NCBI GenBank assembly: GCA_009914755.4
Contig: CP086569.2
Location: 22,240,001-22,304,000 of the forward strand
Reading direction: 5' to 3'
Length of the DNA stretch: 64,000 bases
DNA from: the human T2T-CHM13v2.0 reference genome, Homo sapiens
Shown here: piece by piece, positions 26,936-39,899 of the stretch
Layout: each line of letters begins with the position of its first letter
Numbering within the stretch: the stretch's first letter is position 1
Translations under genes and position numbers: made by a program
Notes under the pieces: model-generated
Told to the model about the DNA's origin: nothing
What the model saw: only the letters and a program-made list of their open reading frames with translations
Databases searched by the model: none

Positions 26936-27261
26936 GTTTAAAAATCATGCAGAGTTATTGTAAAACAATCCTTTTTCCTCTTTAGAATCCTGGAACTACA
27001 AAATGCTGGGATTCATTAGCTTCCAGAGATTGGTAAGTTAGTGTGCAAACTCTTAGGCAGCAACCTGAGAAGTCAAGGCCATAGTTGAGTAGTTCGACTT
27101 CTTGGAAGGAAAATTTAGAAGCTCAGTATATTGCTAGAGTGAGTGATTATGAAGACTGATGAGAAATGCCTATGTGCCTGCTCTCAGAGGACCTTGACAG
27201 ATCCAAAAGTCAAAATTAGAAACAAGATACCTGGGCAAAAGCTATAAAAGTCAAGATAAGG

Positions 27262-27580
27262 CTGGGTGCAGGCTCATGCCTGTAATCCCAGCACTTTGGC
27301 AGGATGAGGAAGGTGGATGAGCTGAGGTCAGGAGTTTGAGACCAGCCTGACCAACATTGTGAAAACTTGTCTCTACTAAGAAATACAAAAGTTAGCCTGG
27401 CATGGTCACAGGTGCCTCAGGAGGCTGAGACAGGGGAATATCCGTTACTCAGGAGGCTGAGACAGGGGAACCACTTGAGCCTGGGAGGCAGAGTTTTCAG
27501 TGAGCCGAGATCATGCTATTGCACTCCAGCCTGTGCAGCAGAGCAAGACTCCATCTCAAAAGAAAAAAGAAGAAAAAAAG
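27262..27580 (+). mobile_element. Alu SINE
   Basis: ggctgggtgcaggctcatgcctgtaatcccagcactttggcagg...gagccgagatcatgctattgcactccagcctgtgcagcagagcaagactccatctc. Confidence 0.85.
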
Positions 27581-28337
27581 TCAAGACGTTAGATGTACAA
27601 TCTAAGATTTTCGAGGAACAAGGTGGGAGCTGAGCTTTCTTGACTGCTTAAGATTCAGTAAACCAGGAGGAAACAGTTTTAGAAGTGCTTGAATGTCTAC
27701 TTAAATCCTTCTTTTATCTTGGAGGTCCTAGGAGAGCTTTGAATGCCAATCTGTGCTAGAATCCAGGGATAGGCAATCATTTCGTTAAGAAGCAGCTGTA
27801 ACAGTTGGGGCATTACATATGTGGTTTAATACTTCAGTCCTCTTAGAGAAGCTGTGAAATAACAGTTCTCTATTGACTCTAGGGTCATGTGTCAGCCACA
27901 AATTCTAGAACAAGATCATGATTCAGTTTTTCTTACTTCTTTTTAAGTGAGTATTTTCATAATCCTATGTGCAAGAGTATCTCAACTAGTTTCTGAGTTT
28001 ATCTCATAGGGAATTGATGTGGGTGTGGCTTTTTATTTGTTGCGTTTGTGGATGGAGGAACAAATTAGAGCCTCCTATTTTATCACCTTGTTGGAGATAC
28101 CCTTTTAATTTTTTACTTATTTAAAAAAATTTGTACATAACAGTTGTAAATACTTTTGGCATACATGTGATATTTTGATACAAGTAATGTGAACTGGTAA
28201 GCGAGGGATCAAAGAGGGGATGGGGGTGGGTTAAATTATACTTGCTTAGAAGGAATAATATCTAGTGTTCAGTGGCACAGGATGACTACACTTAATAATG
28301 ATTTATTGTACATCTCAAAATAATTAATAGAGCGAAG

Positions 28338-28610
28338 GTGGAATGTCTCCCAGGTTAAAGTGCATGGCACAATATCGGCTCAATGCAGCCTCAGCCTTCC
28401 AGGTTTAAACGATTCTCCTGCCTGAGCCTCCCAATTAATTGTAACACACTACAGGCAAATGCCACCACACTGGGCTAATTTTTATATTTTTGCTAGAGAA
28501 GGGATTTCATGGTGTTGGCCAGCCTGGTTTTCAACTCCTGACCTAAAGGTATCTGCAAGCCTCAGCTTCCCAAGTGTTGGAATTAAAGACCTGAGTCATC
28601 ACACCTGGAC
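28338..28610 (-). mobile_element. Alu SINE (old, 5' truncated), minus orientation
   Basis: ctcccaggttaaagtgcatggcacaatatcggctcaatgcagcctcagccttccaggtttaaacgattctcctgcctgagcctccc...ggtgttggccagcctggttttcaactcctgacc. Confidence 0.8.
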
Positions 28611-29081
28611 AGTAAGATACACAAGACTAGGGAGTTGTATCTTTTCACTTCATCCTCACAATCCTATGTTATAGGTGAATGAAAACACAAATTCATAACA
28701 TGAATAATTCACTTAAAAATCGAAGTTGGTAACTTCTCCCTTTAAAATTATTTGCACCCTTACCCTATAAAAAGTGATGATCTTGTAAAATTTTCTCAAG
28801 AAAATACTCCTTCCTTGCAGATTAGTCTGTTAATTGTAAAAGTTATGGACTTCAAAACTTCAGGAACTTCATGTGTTTCATTTCTTTAGGTTGTATAATC
28901 AGGAAAAGTAATTGGTTTAGTTATTTAGGTCCAAATATTTTTATTTTTAACATTCGATGATTTCTTAAACCTTTAAGCAATCCCATCTGAAACTTTATGC
29001 AGTTATGTTTTATACACTTCATTGTCCCAAAAGTGTGAGGTTTAAAGCATTTCCATTCATATCATCAATTAAATCTGATAG

Positions 29082-29372
29082 GCTGAGAGTGGTGGCTCAT
29101 GCCTGTAATCTTAGGATTACACTTTGGGAGTCTGAGGAGGATGGATCAGGATTTTAAAGAATGGCCTGGCAAACATGGTGAAATGCAGTCTGTACTAAAA
29201 ATACGAAAAATTAGCCAGCTGTGGTGCATACTTATCTAATACCAGTTACTCAGGATGCTGAGGCAGAAGAAGAGCTTGACCCAGAAGGCGGAGTTTGCAG
29301 TAAGCCAAGATGGAGCCACTGCACCCCCGCTTGGGTGACAAAGCTATGTTTCATCTCAAAAAAAAAAAACTG
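29082..29372 (+). mobile_element. Alu SINE
   Basis: ggctgagagtggtggctcatgcctgtaatc...gccaagatggagccactgcacccccgcttgggtgacaaagctatgtttcatctc, followed by poly-A. Confidence 0.85.
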
Positions 29373-30253
29373 ATAAAATCCCAACCATTCTAAATTATTC
29401 CTATTTGTAAGAACTTATTACTAAACTGTTATAACAACCACTGCCAAAACTTTCAAGAAAAAATTATCATGAGTACCACCCAAGACAAAACACCTACTTT
29501 CCACTATTTAAACTAGGAACATTTAATTTCATCATGCTATGCACTTCAGAAACTTAGCTAGTTCAGTTTTGATTTAGGTTAAAAAAAAAAAAGGTTTCAT
29601 TATCATATCCTCTTTCAGTCACAGAACGCTTCAAGTAGAATGTTCCAGATGTTTTAAACTTTAGTATCAACCCCATCTATTTATTTCCTTTGACCTGTAC
29701 TATTCCTCTAAAAGATAAACGTTTTATGGTGAGGCAGACAGTTTTGTAGTCTTTCTGAAGGCTTCTCAAACATTTTAAGCTTGTAAGTTTTTAAAGAGAA
29801 ACAGCCTAATTAGAAAACTTGTGCCGCTTGCAAGGGAGATGTAACATATGCCTAATTTTGTATCTATTTATGTTCAAAGAAACAAAGGAAAATGTTCAGC
29901 AAACAACAGAATTTACTCTCCTATTGAATTTTCTTTTAAGCATGTGCAGCTAACCAATAACATCAGGAATTTTCTATTACTGTAAAATTTTATTCTGAAC
30001 ATTTTAATGTAGATATTACATCTAAACAGATAGTTTTCAAATAGCATTAACAAGTATGAAATTACTTTGAAGAAAATTATTTTTCCTTTGAATACCTCAA
30101 AACCTTCATGGAGGAAGTTAGTATCTACCTGTCTCCACAAAGCCCATATGCTTCTTTTAGTAATATGCAGGTAACAATGCAGAAATAACATTTCAATTTT
30201 CGATTTGCAAACAAGGTTTGGTATGCAATAACTATTATTTGGAATACTTGCTT

Positions 30254-30553
30254 TAATATCTGCTTCAGTCTCCTTTTCAGATCGACTTTCCCGACCATCT
30301 ACTGTAGATGCCACATAACTTCAGTTACCATATGCTTCACGACGAGCAGGGTGAACCCTACCCAGAGAAGGTGGATTCCTTTGGTCTTTTCTGCCAGTGT
30401 GCTCATGACCACAAAAGTAAAAATCACCGCAGCTTCTTGAGTAACTTTCTTGACTTCTGCCCTATGTATCTCGTGTATTGTTATAATCAGGGTGGCTGCT
30501 TCCACCATAAGACATCCGAGGCCCTCTTGCAGGTGGTGCACCATGAGAGGTCC
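30254..30553 (-). pseudogene. RBMY pseudogene terminal coding exon with two in-frame stops and loss of the native stop
   Basis: Reads [92 protein letters not shown]... against the RBMY1 C-terminus. The first TAG is at 30464-30462. The ancestral TAA, now shifted out of frame by a 1-nt deletion, is at 30256-30254. Confidence 0.8.
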
Positions 30554-30961
30554 CTGCAGGGTTGATAAAATAATATGTGGGACTATATTTAAACACTTTT
30601 ACTGCCACCACTAAAGGATGAATTAGTTAAAGTCCTATTTGGAAATATCTGCTTTCCTCTGCCCTTGTTGACAGGATAGATATTAATTAAGCCTGCATTG
30701 GTCAGAAGGTTTTATTTAAAAGAAGTGTAAGAGTAGTATTTTGAAGCTTAACAAATTTAATTCTGAAGTAAACGTTGAGTCACTTTTTCTGCACATGAAG
30801 TTCTCTCCTTCATATCGTTCCCTACACTTTATACTGTTAGACTACTCAATATTTAAATATGTTATATTGTCCTTTATAATTTTCCTTAGAATTTCATTAA
30901 AATAATGATCTGGACTATTACATAAAATTCTTTAATTTAAAAATCCATCCTGGACTCTTAC

Positions 30962-31050
30962 CATATCCCTGAAATTCATTTTTGTAAGAACTTCCACTTG
31001 TACGATCAGAATGATCTCTACCACGGGTTTCGTCGTAGCCACCACTATCA
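30962..31050 (-). pseudogene. RBMY pseudogene penultimate exon (SDSGGYDETRGRDHSDRTSGSSYKNEFQGY)
   Basis: The acceptor is ttag and the donor is gtaaga. Compare RBMY1 [31 protein letters not shown] as recalled. Its phase joins SRGY exon A. Confidence 0.7.
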
Positions 31051-31132
31051 CTAAATTGAAAAAAAAAATTTTTAATGTCAGAATAAACAATTTAAGAAAT
31101 CTATTTGATAAATCCAGATAATGTTATAGTAC

Positions 31133-31243
31133 CTATATCCTCTAGAGGAATGTTCATCCCGACTAGAGTGACCATTATCACAGTATGCATAGCCTCTAGA
31201 TGGTGGAGCATAATCCCTGGTTTCTTGGGAGCTTGGATGATTT
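31133..31243 (-). pseudogene. RBMY pseudogene SRGY-box exon A (111 nt), open
   Basis: Translates to [36 protein letters not shown]. The acceptor is cacacag and the donor is gtacta at 31132-31129. Confidence 0.85.
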
Positions 31244-31607
31244 CTGTGTGAGTAAGTTTAAGCAACAAATTTAAAATTTTCAACTTCTACTATCCAACAT
31301 ATAACTAAATTACAACTTAAACACAATTAAATTGCCAAACATCTAAAAAGATATTTCTCCAAATAAAATAGGCAAATGCCCAAAAACACATGGAACAGAT
31401 ACTAATAATCAGTGATTCATAAAATGCATTTCAAATCCAAAATGAGATTCCAGACTTCAAACACACACTAGAATGGCATTACATTTTAAAAAGCAGGAAG
31501 TAGCAAGTGTTTGAGAGTATGTAGATAAATTGGAACCCTAATACAATGTTAGCTGGAATGAATAACTTAAGAAATCTTTTTGACAAGTCCAGAAAAAGTT
31601 ATAGTAC

Positions 31608-31718
31608 CTATATCCTCCAGAGTAATGTTCATCCCAACTAGAATGACCATAATCATGATATGCATAGTCTCTAGATGGTGGAGCATAATCCCTAGTTTCT
31701 CAGGAGCTTGGATGATTT
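31608..31718 (-). pseudogene. RBMY pseudogene SRGY-box exon B (111 nt) with in-frame TGA
   Basis: Translates to [35 protein letters not shown]. The TGA is at 31702-31700. The acceptor reads cacgcag and the donor is gtacta. Confidence 0.85.
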
Positions 31719-32599
31719 CTGCGTGCATAAGTTTAAGCAACACATTTTAAATTTTCAACTTCTAGTATCCAAAACGTAACTAAGTTGCAACTTAAACAAA
31801 ATTAAAAGGTCCAAAATCTAAATGGATATTTCTTCAAATAAAATAGGCAAATGCCCAAAAAGCACATGAACAGATACTCACAATCAGTGATTCAGAAAAT
31901 GCACTTCAAATCCAAAATGAGATACCATAATTCACACACACACACACACACACACACTGGAATGGCAATAAAAGCAGGAAATAGCAAGTGTTTGACAGGA
32001 TGCAGATAAATTGGAACCCTGATGCAATGCTAGTTGGAATGGAAAATGATGCAGCTACTATGGAGAAATGTCGTGGTTCCTCAAGAAAACAATATAATTA
32101 TCATACTACCAAGCAATTCCACTCATATACACCCAGAATTGAATACGTGTACTCAAACAAATATTCATGCATAGAAATACTGCGGTGGAAACAACCCAAA
32201 TAAAATAATGAGTTAACAGCTTGTGGAAGGAGTGAAGTGCTATGATGTAAATGAACCTTCAGGACATCATGGAAAAGGAAAGGAGAGAGATACAAAAAGT
32301 CGTGTAGTGTTTGAGCCGATTAACATTAAATGCCCACAACAGTAAGTTCAGAGGCAGAACACTGACTGGTGTTTGCTAGCAGCTGAGGGAAGGGAGAAAA
32401 TGGAAGGAACTGCTTAACTGGTAGTTGGAGTTTTATTTTGGAGTCATGAAAATGTTTTGGAACTCGATGGAGGTAGTTGTTGCATGACATAGAATGTATT
32501 AAATGTCACTTAACTGTTTACCTTATAATAATTAATTTTGTTATGTTTATTTCATCATCAAAACAAAAATAATCAACTTTTTAAAATTTTTTCCTTTAC

Positions 32600-32890
32600 C
32601 CATCCTTAGTTGCATAACCGTCATCTCTTAGAGACATATGGTCATTTCTCCAGGAAGAGATTGTCTCTCTGAGTGGAGGACCTCCCTAATTCCCTCTTCC
32701 ATATGATACGAGACCTTTAACATTAAAATGTTGGAACATTATGTAAAGAACACCAAATCTGAAACACTATTTTCTCTTCTCTCAAACAACTTTTTAAAAT
32801 TATTTCTTCTATGACTCCATTCTTTGTTTCCTAAATTACTAGACAGTCATGACACTGTGAATATTTCTTATGGCTTTGGAGAATCCCATG
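32600..32890 (-). pseudogene. RBMY pseudogene long central exon, heavily decayed
   Basis: The 3' part reads ...[35 protein letters not shown] against RBMY1 ...[36 protein letters not shown], with a Y-to-stop change. The donor gtaaag lies at 32599. The upstream part shows only weak similarity and several further stops, so the 5' boundary is approximate. Confidence 0.6.
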
Positions 32891-34136
32891 GCTCCCACAA
32901 GGCCAGTTCTTCTAATGAAGCTGAAGGCAAACATTAATTCTTAGGTAAAAGTTCATTTGTAATGGTTAAGAACTACTTAGTTACTATTTTCCTTTTCATA
33001 TGAATTACTGATGACTACAAATGACATAGGGAAAACATGTAAAACCACCAAATCTTCACAATTTTAAAGTTTACATACATTGACCTTTCTCAGCTGAGGA
33101 AGGTAAATTTTCCCACATAGTTCAATCTACCTCACAAACACAAATACTGCTACCTTTGAACGACTGCATGCTAATTTTTTACATAAAAGTTCTCCTTTCT
33201 CTCTAAGTGGTTGGCTCTATCTTAAATGTTGACAAATTAAAATGTACTAGTGAAAACTTTCTAATGATAGCCAAGATTTACTTTTACTGCAATAAACAAC
33301 ACTATTAAAGGGGTCATTACAACATGGTTGCTATTTCAAAATAGAAAAAATTATCCTTTAATATACTCTTCACAGTGCTATTCCTTAAAGGTCAGCCTTT
33401 CACCTATGATATGTTCACTAGCTAATTTTCCAATGGAAATGTGTTGGCTTGGGTATCCTGAAGTCAATAAATACCTGACTTCACCAATACTCTACTTATG
33501 AAATGTAAAATTGAAAATGTCAGTTTTTAATTTCCTCCATATTAGGATGGAGGACTAAGTAAGAATTTTAATTTGTTCTGCTTACTTTCTTTGCTGAAAA
33601 CTTCTGTTTCTTGTCTTGCTTTCTTCTGTTCAGTCTGCAATCTTACAATTGTCCTTCTCAAAAATATTACTTCTATTCAATCCTACTGCTCACATCATGT
33701 TGCTTAGTACTACATTCTCTCCTCAAATAATTTCCAACCTTACACTAAGGATATTGTGTTAATGTTTAAACATCCTAGAACAATCTTAATTATTGATTTA
33801 CAGTTCAGCTAATAACTCGATTTGAAAATTACATGGATTTTGTTATTTAGGGGAAGATCTTAAATCCCTTACAAGACCTCTTGCAGCCACGTCGCCCGTT
33901 GTTTCTACCTTGAAACTTCTTTTTTTATTTCTGGGCCCAAAATATTTGCCCAGATTTGCTCATGGCTGCTTCCTCCCCAGTGTTCCAAAGTCATCCAAAA
34001 TTCCTTAAACTCTTTATTCACCTTGAAAATCTAAGAACCTCCTTTATTGGCCTTCTCAACATTTATGTGCACATAACATTCCTATTTATTTTTACACAAC
34101 AAAATATGTGAGATTAAGTAGTTTAGAAATAACATT

Positions 34137-34410
34137 GGCTGGGTGTGGTGTCTCACACCAGTAATCCCAACACTTTGGGAGGCCGAGGCAGGTGGTTCAT
34201 GAGATGAAGAGATAGAGACCATCCTGGCCAACAGGGTGAAACCCTCTCTCGCTCAAAGTAGCAAAATTAGGTGGGCATGGTGGCGTGGCCTGTAGGCAGG
34301 AGAATCAGTTGAACCCAGGAGGCAGAGGTTGCAGTGAGCCAAGATCAACCCACTGCAATCCAGCCTGTTGACACAGTGAGACGCCATTTTAAAAAACAAA
34401 CAGACAAAAA
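34137..34410 (+). mobile_element. Alu SINE, in RBMY pseudogene intron
   Basis: ggctgggtgtggtgtctcacaccagtaatcccaacactttgggaggccgaggcaggtgg...cactgcaatccagcctgttgacacagtgagac. Confidence 0.85.
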
Positions 34411-34841
34411 CTCTACACAAATTACCTGCTCTTTTGCTTGAAAACTAGGGGGAGAAAGGAAATTATCATAGATTACTATACAGAAGTCAAAATTATCTCC
34501 AGAGTTACCACAAAGCCATGAACCAAAAGCTACTCTTGGTTTCTACCACAGCTTGAAATACTAATTTATAAGAGTGAATAAAAATGTACTTTCTGCTATG
34601 TGCCAGGAAATGTGCTAGATGTAACAGAAATAAAAGCAACTAGGAAGACTTAAATATGCACTATATACAATTTCACAATCAATAGATTAATACATGGTAC
34701 AGCAAGTACAAAATACCTACAATACGCAATGAGGAAGAAAATATGAAATCTAAGTGGTTTTTGAAGCATAAATTGTTATTTTTGAGACACACACAGGGAA
34801 GGATAATTCTTAAGAAGTCCAAAAAAGCATTTTGGGGATAG

Positions 34842-35174
<333 letters not shown>

Positions 35175-35189
35175 CTTTAATAAAAAGTG

Positions 35190-35335
35190 CACATAAAAAC
35201 AATGGCGCCTTAGCACCATCTCCCACAACTTGCCCAAATTTCAGACATGTCCGACAGTTAAAGGTAGAATCCTCAAGAAAAATCAATGAGTTTAACAAAA
35301 ATGAATTTCTTAAAAGGACTAATATCACACTGCTC
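35190..35335 (+). repeat. Unclassified roughly 130-bp low-copy repeat (second copy at 39645-39790)
   Basis: aaaagtgcaca...tggcgccttagcaccatctcccacaacttgcccaaat...gacatgtccgacagttaaaggtagaatcctcaagaaaaatcaatgagtttaacaaaaatgaatttctta is shared with 39645-39790 in the same orientation. Confidence 0.6.
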
Positions 35336-36142
35336 CCACCAAGCCCAGCCTGATTAGGATCATGTTATAAAGCAAAAAAGTTCTAAAGGGCCCAGAATGG
35401 AATGAACTTGACACAATGTAAAGGAATTCAAGAGTTAACAGAATTACATAAAAGTTTAAAGCTTTAGTAAATACACAATCCCTAGATTTAAGACTCAATA
35501 GGACAAGAGACCAATGTTTGGATCAAAACAAATCCTCAAACACACTGGGGAAATGAGTAATTAGGTATTCATGTTACATACATCACTCTGGTGACAGGAA
35601 AAAAACGTCCTTAGGAGAAAAGAGCAAGGATGGGGAAAAAATGCCAGTTACTTCTTGTGTTATCCAACTTCAATGTTCTCCTATTTTTTTCTATTTTCAA
35701 GTACTTAACACTTCCTTAAATGTAAAGGTCTTATTTAAACCCACTTTCTCAAAAATATATTTTCAGAAAACGGGAGAGAATCTTTCCTTCTTGTGAGTCT
35801 GTCTAGATGTCTATCCACAGTTTTTCTGTGCTCTAGAAGTATTTCCATGAATTGGAAGTAATTGCATTAATGGCATGTAATAAATGTTGACTTATTCCTT
35901 TCATTTACATGAGGGTCCCTTATAAGTTTTAAAGCTCTTCAAAACCTTTGAAGATCTATTTACACTTATATTGAAATACAAACATAGAAAAAGTTTACCA
36001 TATATTAATTTATATAAGGTTAATTCCAATACCCTTCCAACTACAGTTGAATGTATATGGCACAAAGAAGAGGATGTCTTCATATGGCACTCTACTATCT
36101 TCAAAAGTTACATAATTCTAAAAAGACCTAGAAATACTGTTA

Positions 36143-36346
<204 letters not shown>

Positions 36347-36697
36347 CTAAAAGTTACATCAAATCAAAAATAATTGCATTTCACATCACTAGTATTATAC
36401 TTGATACTGGTCACCCCTATAGTTAGCCTATTTTGTTCCAGTTTGTTCCCTAACTCCACAACACGTTTAGTTTTCCTTATTTTCGTTTCTAAGTAGTAGG
36501 TGATCCTTACCACAGATCCTTAACCTGCTACTATGAGAATTTTCCAAATATCAAATAGATAACCCCAAAATAAGAGTTTAAAAACAATAAGGCATTTTAA
36601 TGTAGGTATACAATGAACTTTGAAAAACATGTTTTTTCAAAACATATATATAACAGACATATTTTAAATATACATATTGAAATATACATATGAAAAT

Positions 36698-36723
36698 ACA
36701 CACACACACACACACGCACACAC
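36698..36723. repeat. (CA)n microsatellite, reading (TG)n on the RBMY sense strand, 15 nt into intron 1
   Basis: acacacacacacacacgcacacacgg immediately after the exon 1 donor at 36738. Confidence 0.8.
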
Positions 36724-36730
36724 GGTTTTA

Positions 36731-36898
<168 letters not shown>

Positions 36899-36989
36899 CT
36901 AAAAATATAAAAATTTATTACATACCATGTTGAAAACTCAAGTGAAATTCCCTTTCAGAGGCTGACATCTTTTTAGTACTTCTTACTTT

Positions 36990-38165
36990 AAATACAAACA
37001 TCAATTCAAGATGGATTAAAGACTTAAACGTTAGACCTAAAACCATGAAAACCCTAGAAGAAAACCTAGGCAATACCATTCAGGACATAGGCATGGGCAA
37101 GGACTTCATGTCTAAAACACCAAAAGCAATGGCAACACAAGACAAAATTGACAAATGGGATCTAATTAAACTAAAGAGCTTCTGTACAGCAAAAGAAACT
37201 ACCATCAGAATGAACAAGCACCCTACAAAATGGGAGAAAATTTTTGCAACCTAGTCATCCGACAAACGGCTAATATCCAGAATCTACAATGAACTCAAAC
37301 ACATTTACAAGAAAAAAACAGACAACCCCATCAAAAAGTGGTCAAAGGACATGAACAGACAGTTCTCAAAAGAAGACATTTATGCAGCCAAAAAACACAT
37401 GAGAAAATGCTCATCATCACTGGCCATCAGAGAAATGCAAATCAAAACCACAATGAGATACCATCTCACACCATTAGAATGGCAATCATTAAAAAGTCAG
37501 GAAACAACAGGTGCTGGACAGGATGTGGAGAAATAGCAACACTTTTACACTGTTGGTGGGACTGTAAACTAGTTCAACCATTGTGGAAGTCAGTGTGGCG
37601 ATTCCTCAGGGATCTAGAACTAGAAATACCATTTGACCCAGCCATCCCATTACTAGGTATATACCCAAAGGACTATAAATCATGCTGCTATAAAGACACA
37701 TGCACATGTATGTTTATTGTGGCACTATTCACAATAGCAAAGACTTGGAACCAACACAAATGTCCAACAATGATAGCGTGGATAAAGAAAATGTGGCACA
37801 TATACACCATGGAATACTATGCAGCCAAAAAAAATGATGAGTTCATGTCCTTTGTAGGGACATGGATGAAATTGGAAGTCATCATTCTCAGTAAACTATC
37901 GCAAGAACAAAAAATCAAACACCGCATATTCTCACTCATAGGTGGGAACTGAACAATGAGATCACATGGACACAGGAAGGGGAACATCACATTCTGGGGA
38001 CTGTTGTGGGGTAGGGGGAGGGAGGAGGGATAGCATTGGGAGATATACCTAATGCTAGATGACCAGTTAGTGGGTGCAGCGCGCCAGCGTGGCACATGTA
38101 TGCATATGTAACTAACCTGCACAATGTGCACATGTACCCTAAAACTTAAAGTATAATAATAAAAG
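36990..38165 (+). mobile_element. L1 (L1PA-like) 3' end: ORF2 C-terminal region plus 3' UTR and poly-A
   Basis: ORFs [69 protein letters not shown] and [27 protein letters not shown]...[44 protein letters not shown] are L1 ORF2. It ends with cacatgtaccctaaaacttaaagtataataataaaaggaaaaaaaa. It begins about 145 bp upstream of the RBMY pseudogene ATG. Confidence 0.9.
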
Positions 38166-38449
38166 GAAAAAAAAGAAAAAAAATAAATAAATATGTAAAA
38201 TTTCTAACATACAGAGCAAAAGGGGCACTGACTTCACAGATAAATGCTGCATTTTAATATGGACCTGACAAAATCTCATTTCTAAAACTTAGATAAGAAA
38301 AGCTATTGTAATTTTCCTAAGTTGTAATGTGAAGGAGTGCCCCATTTAAATAATTTTATTTGAAAACTATATATTTATGAGGTACAGTGTGAGGTTTTGT
38401 GTATTTTCTTTCTTGAGATGTATATCCCCTGTTGCCAAAATGCACTGCT

Positions 38450-38685
38450 CATTGCCACCTCCTCCACCCAGCCTCAAATGATCTTCCCAAAACTCAGCTT
38501 CCCAAGTAGCTGGTACTACCAGGGCTTTTTACCAGAGCTGGGAAATTTTTTGTGTTTTTTTTAAATAGACATGCGTTTCCCCATATTGCCCAAGCCAGTC
38601 TCCAAATCCTGGGTTCAAGTGATTTGCTGGCTTGGGACTATTAGAGTGATGGCATTTCAAGGGTGAACCACCACGCCCAGCGGGA
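38450..38685 (-). mobile_element. Old Alu-like SINE (diverged), minus orientation
   Basis: ctcagcttcccaagtagctggtactaccagg...tccaaatcctgggttcaagtgatt...caccacgcccagc. Confidence 0.5.
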
Positions 38686-39169
38686 TATGTGGATAAAAGA
38701 TTAAATCAAGCAAATTAAAATGTTCTAGGAGGAGAACATTTTAAATATTTTACCATCTTTAAGTGATTTGAAATATACAATAGGTCAAGGATCCCTGAAT
38801 CCTGGCCTTCAACCCGTACCTATCTGTGGCCTGAATGTGATGCCGGAGGATGACCTGCAATACCTGTCTGTGGAGAATGTAACGCCTGAGGATGACCTGA
38901 GGTGGTACAGTTTTATCCGGAAACCATCCTCCCTACTCCCTCGCTGGCCCTCCCTGTCCCCGTGACAGCCTCACTGCCCCACCTGGCCTCTGTCACATTG
39001 CTCCTACCGGAAGACCCGCCCCACCACGTGCCCCTCGGAGACCTGCCGCCAGCCCCCACTCCCAAACCTGTCCACCTCGCCGCCTTCTTCCCCTGCGCAA
39101 CCTTTCTCTGAGGAAAAACTGACTTCCACTAAACCAGTCCCTGATGCGAAAATAGCAATGAAAGAGTCC

Positions 39170-39270
39170 ATTACGTTACCCAGGCTGGTCTCAAACTCCT
39201 GACTTCAAGCCATCCTCCGACCTCCACTTCCCAAAATGCTAGGACTACAGGAGTAAGGCAGTGTGCCAGG
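39170..39270 (-). mobile_element. Alu fragment, minus orientation
   Basis: gttacccaggctggtctcaaactcctgacttcaagccatcctccgacctccacttcccaaaatgctaggactacagg. Confidence 0.6.
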
Positions 39271-39644
39271 TTAACAGAATAACTTAAGCGCATCTATTTT
39301 GTTCCAGTTTTCGGCTATCTAACACCATTTATCTGGATTACACCTACTTATTCGGTTTAAATTATTTATGGTGCCAAAGACACATGAAACATGTTTCAAA
39401 TACTGTCATACAACGAAGGAGACAATTACAGGCTTTACAGAGGCAAACTGAAACTCAGATTATTTACGGCCCCAGACTTCTACATAAACTAACGTAATAC
39501 AATTTATGTCAAAATTTGGTAATTCCCGTCAAGCAAATCAGACATGTGACATGCGCTGACTAAAAGTATAAGTTTTTAATAGCCTTGGTTAAATATATTG
39601 CCTGTATTTTGAATGATGACCACATTCACAGAGAAAACCCTGTT

Positions 39645-39790
39645 TAATAAAAAGTGCACATGGCGCCTTAGCACCATCTCCCACAACTTGCCCACATGTC
39701 GGACATATCCGACAGTTAAAGGTAGAATCCTCAAGAAAATTAATGAGTTTAACAAAAATGAGTTTCTTAATAGCACTAAGGAGTTCTCTC
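39645..39790 (+). repeat. Second copy of the roughly 130-bp low-copy repeat
   Basis: See 35190-35335. This copy lies about 2.8 kb upstream of RBMY pseudogene exon 1. Confidence 0.6.
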
Positions 39791-39899
39791 CCCACTGTCT
39801 CCTCCTATAATTCAACACCCTCACATGGAAAACCCATCCCCTTTTACAGATAAAATCGCAAAACTTTTCTGTTCTTATCAAGAGACCAACCTGTCCAGA

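Larger units (their letters stand above)
31075..32040. repeat. Tandem duplication of the SRGY exon-plus-intron unit (period about 475 bp, two copies)
   Basis: 31075-31560 and 31552-32040 are collinear, each holding an SRGY exon, its flanking intron and a tail reading gcaagtgtttga...agataaattggaaccct. The (CA)n at 31934-31957 occurs only in the second copy. Confidence 0.8.

Noticed and set aside
31990-32300. ORFs of 64-71 aa (MFDRMQINWNPDAMLVGMENDAATMEKCRGSSRKQYNYHTTKQFHSYTPRIEYVYSNKYSCIEILRWKQPK).
   Set aside because: They sit in the intronic tail shared by the two SRGY cassettes (the gcaagtgtttga...agataaattggaaccct segment). That tail is part of the cassette duplication, and nothing indicates coding. 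I could not classify the segment.
37338-37952. 204-aa ORF ([44 protein letters not shown]...).
   Set aside because: It lies inside the L1 3' end, out of frame or fragmentary relative to ORF2. It is transposon-derived, not a host gene.
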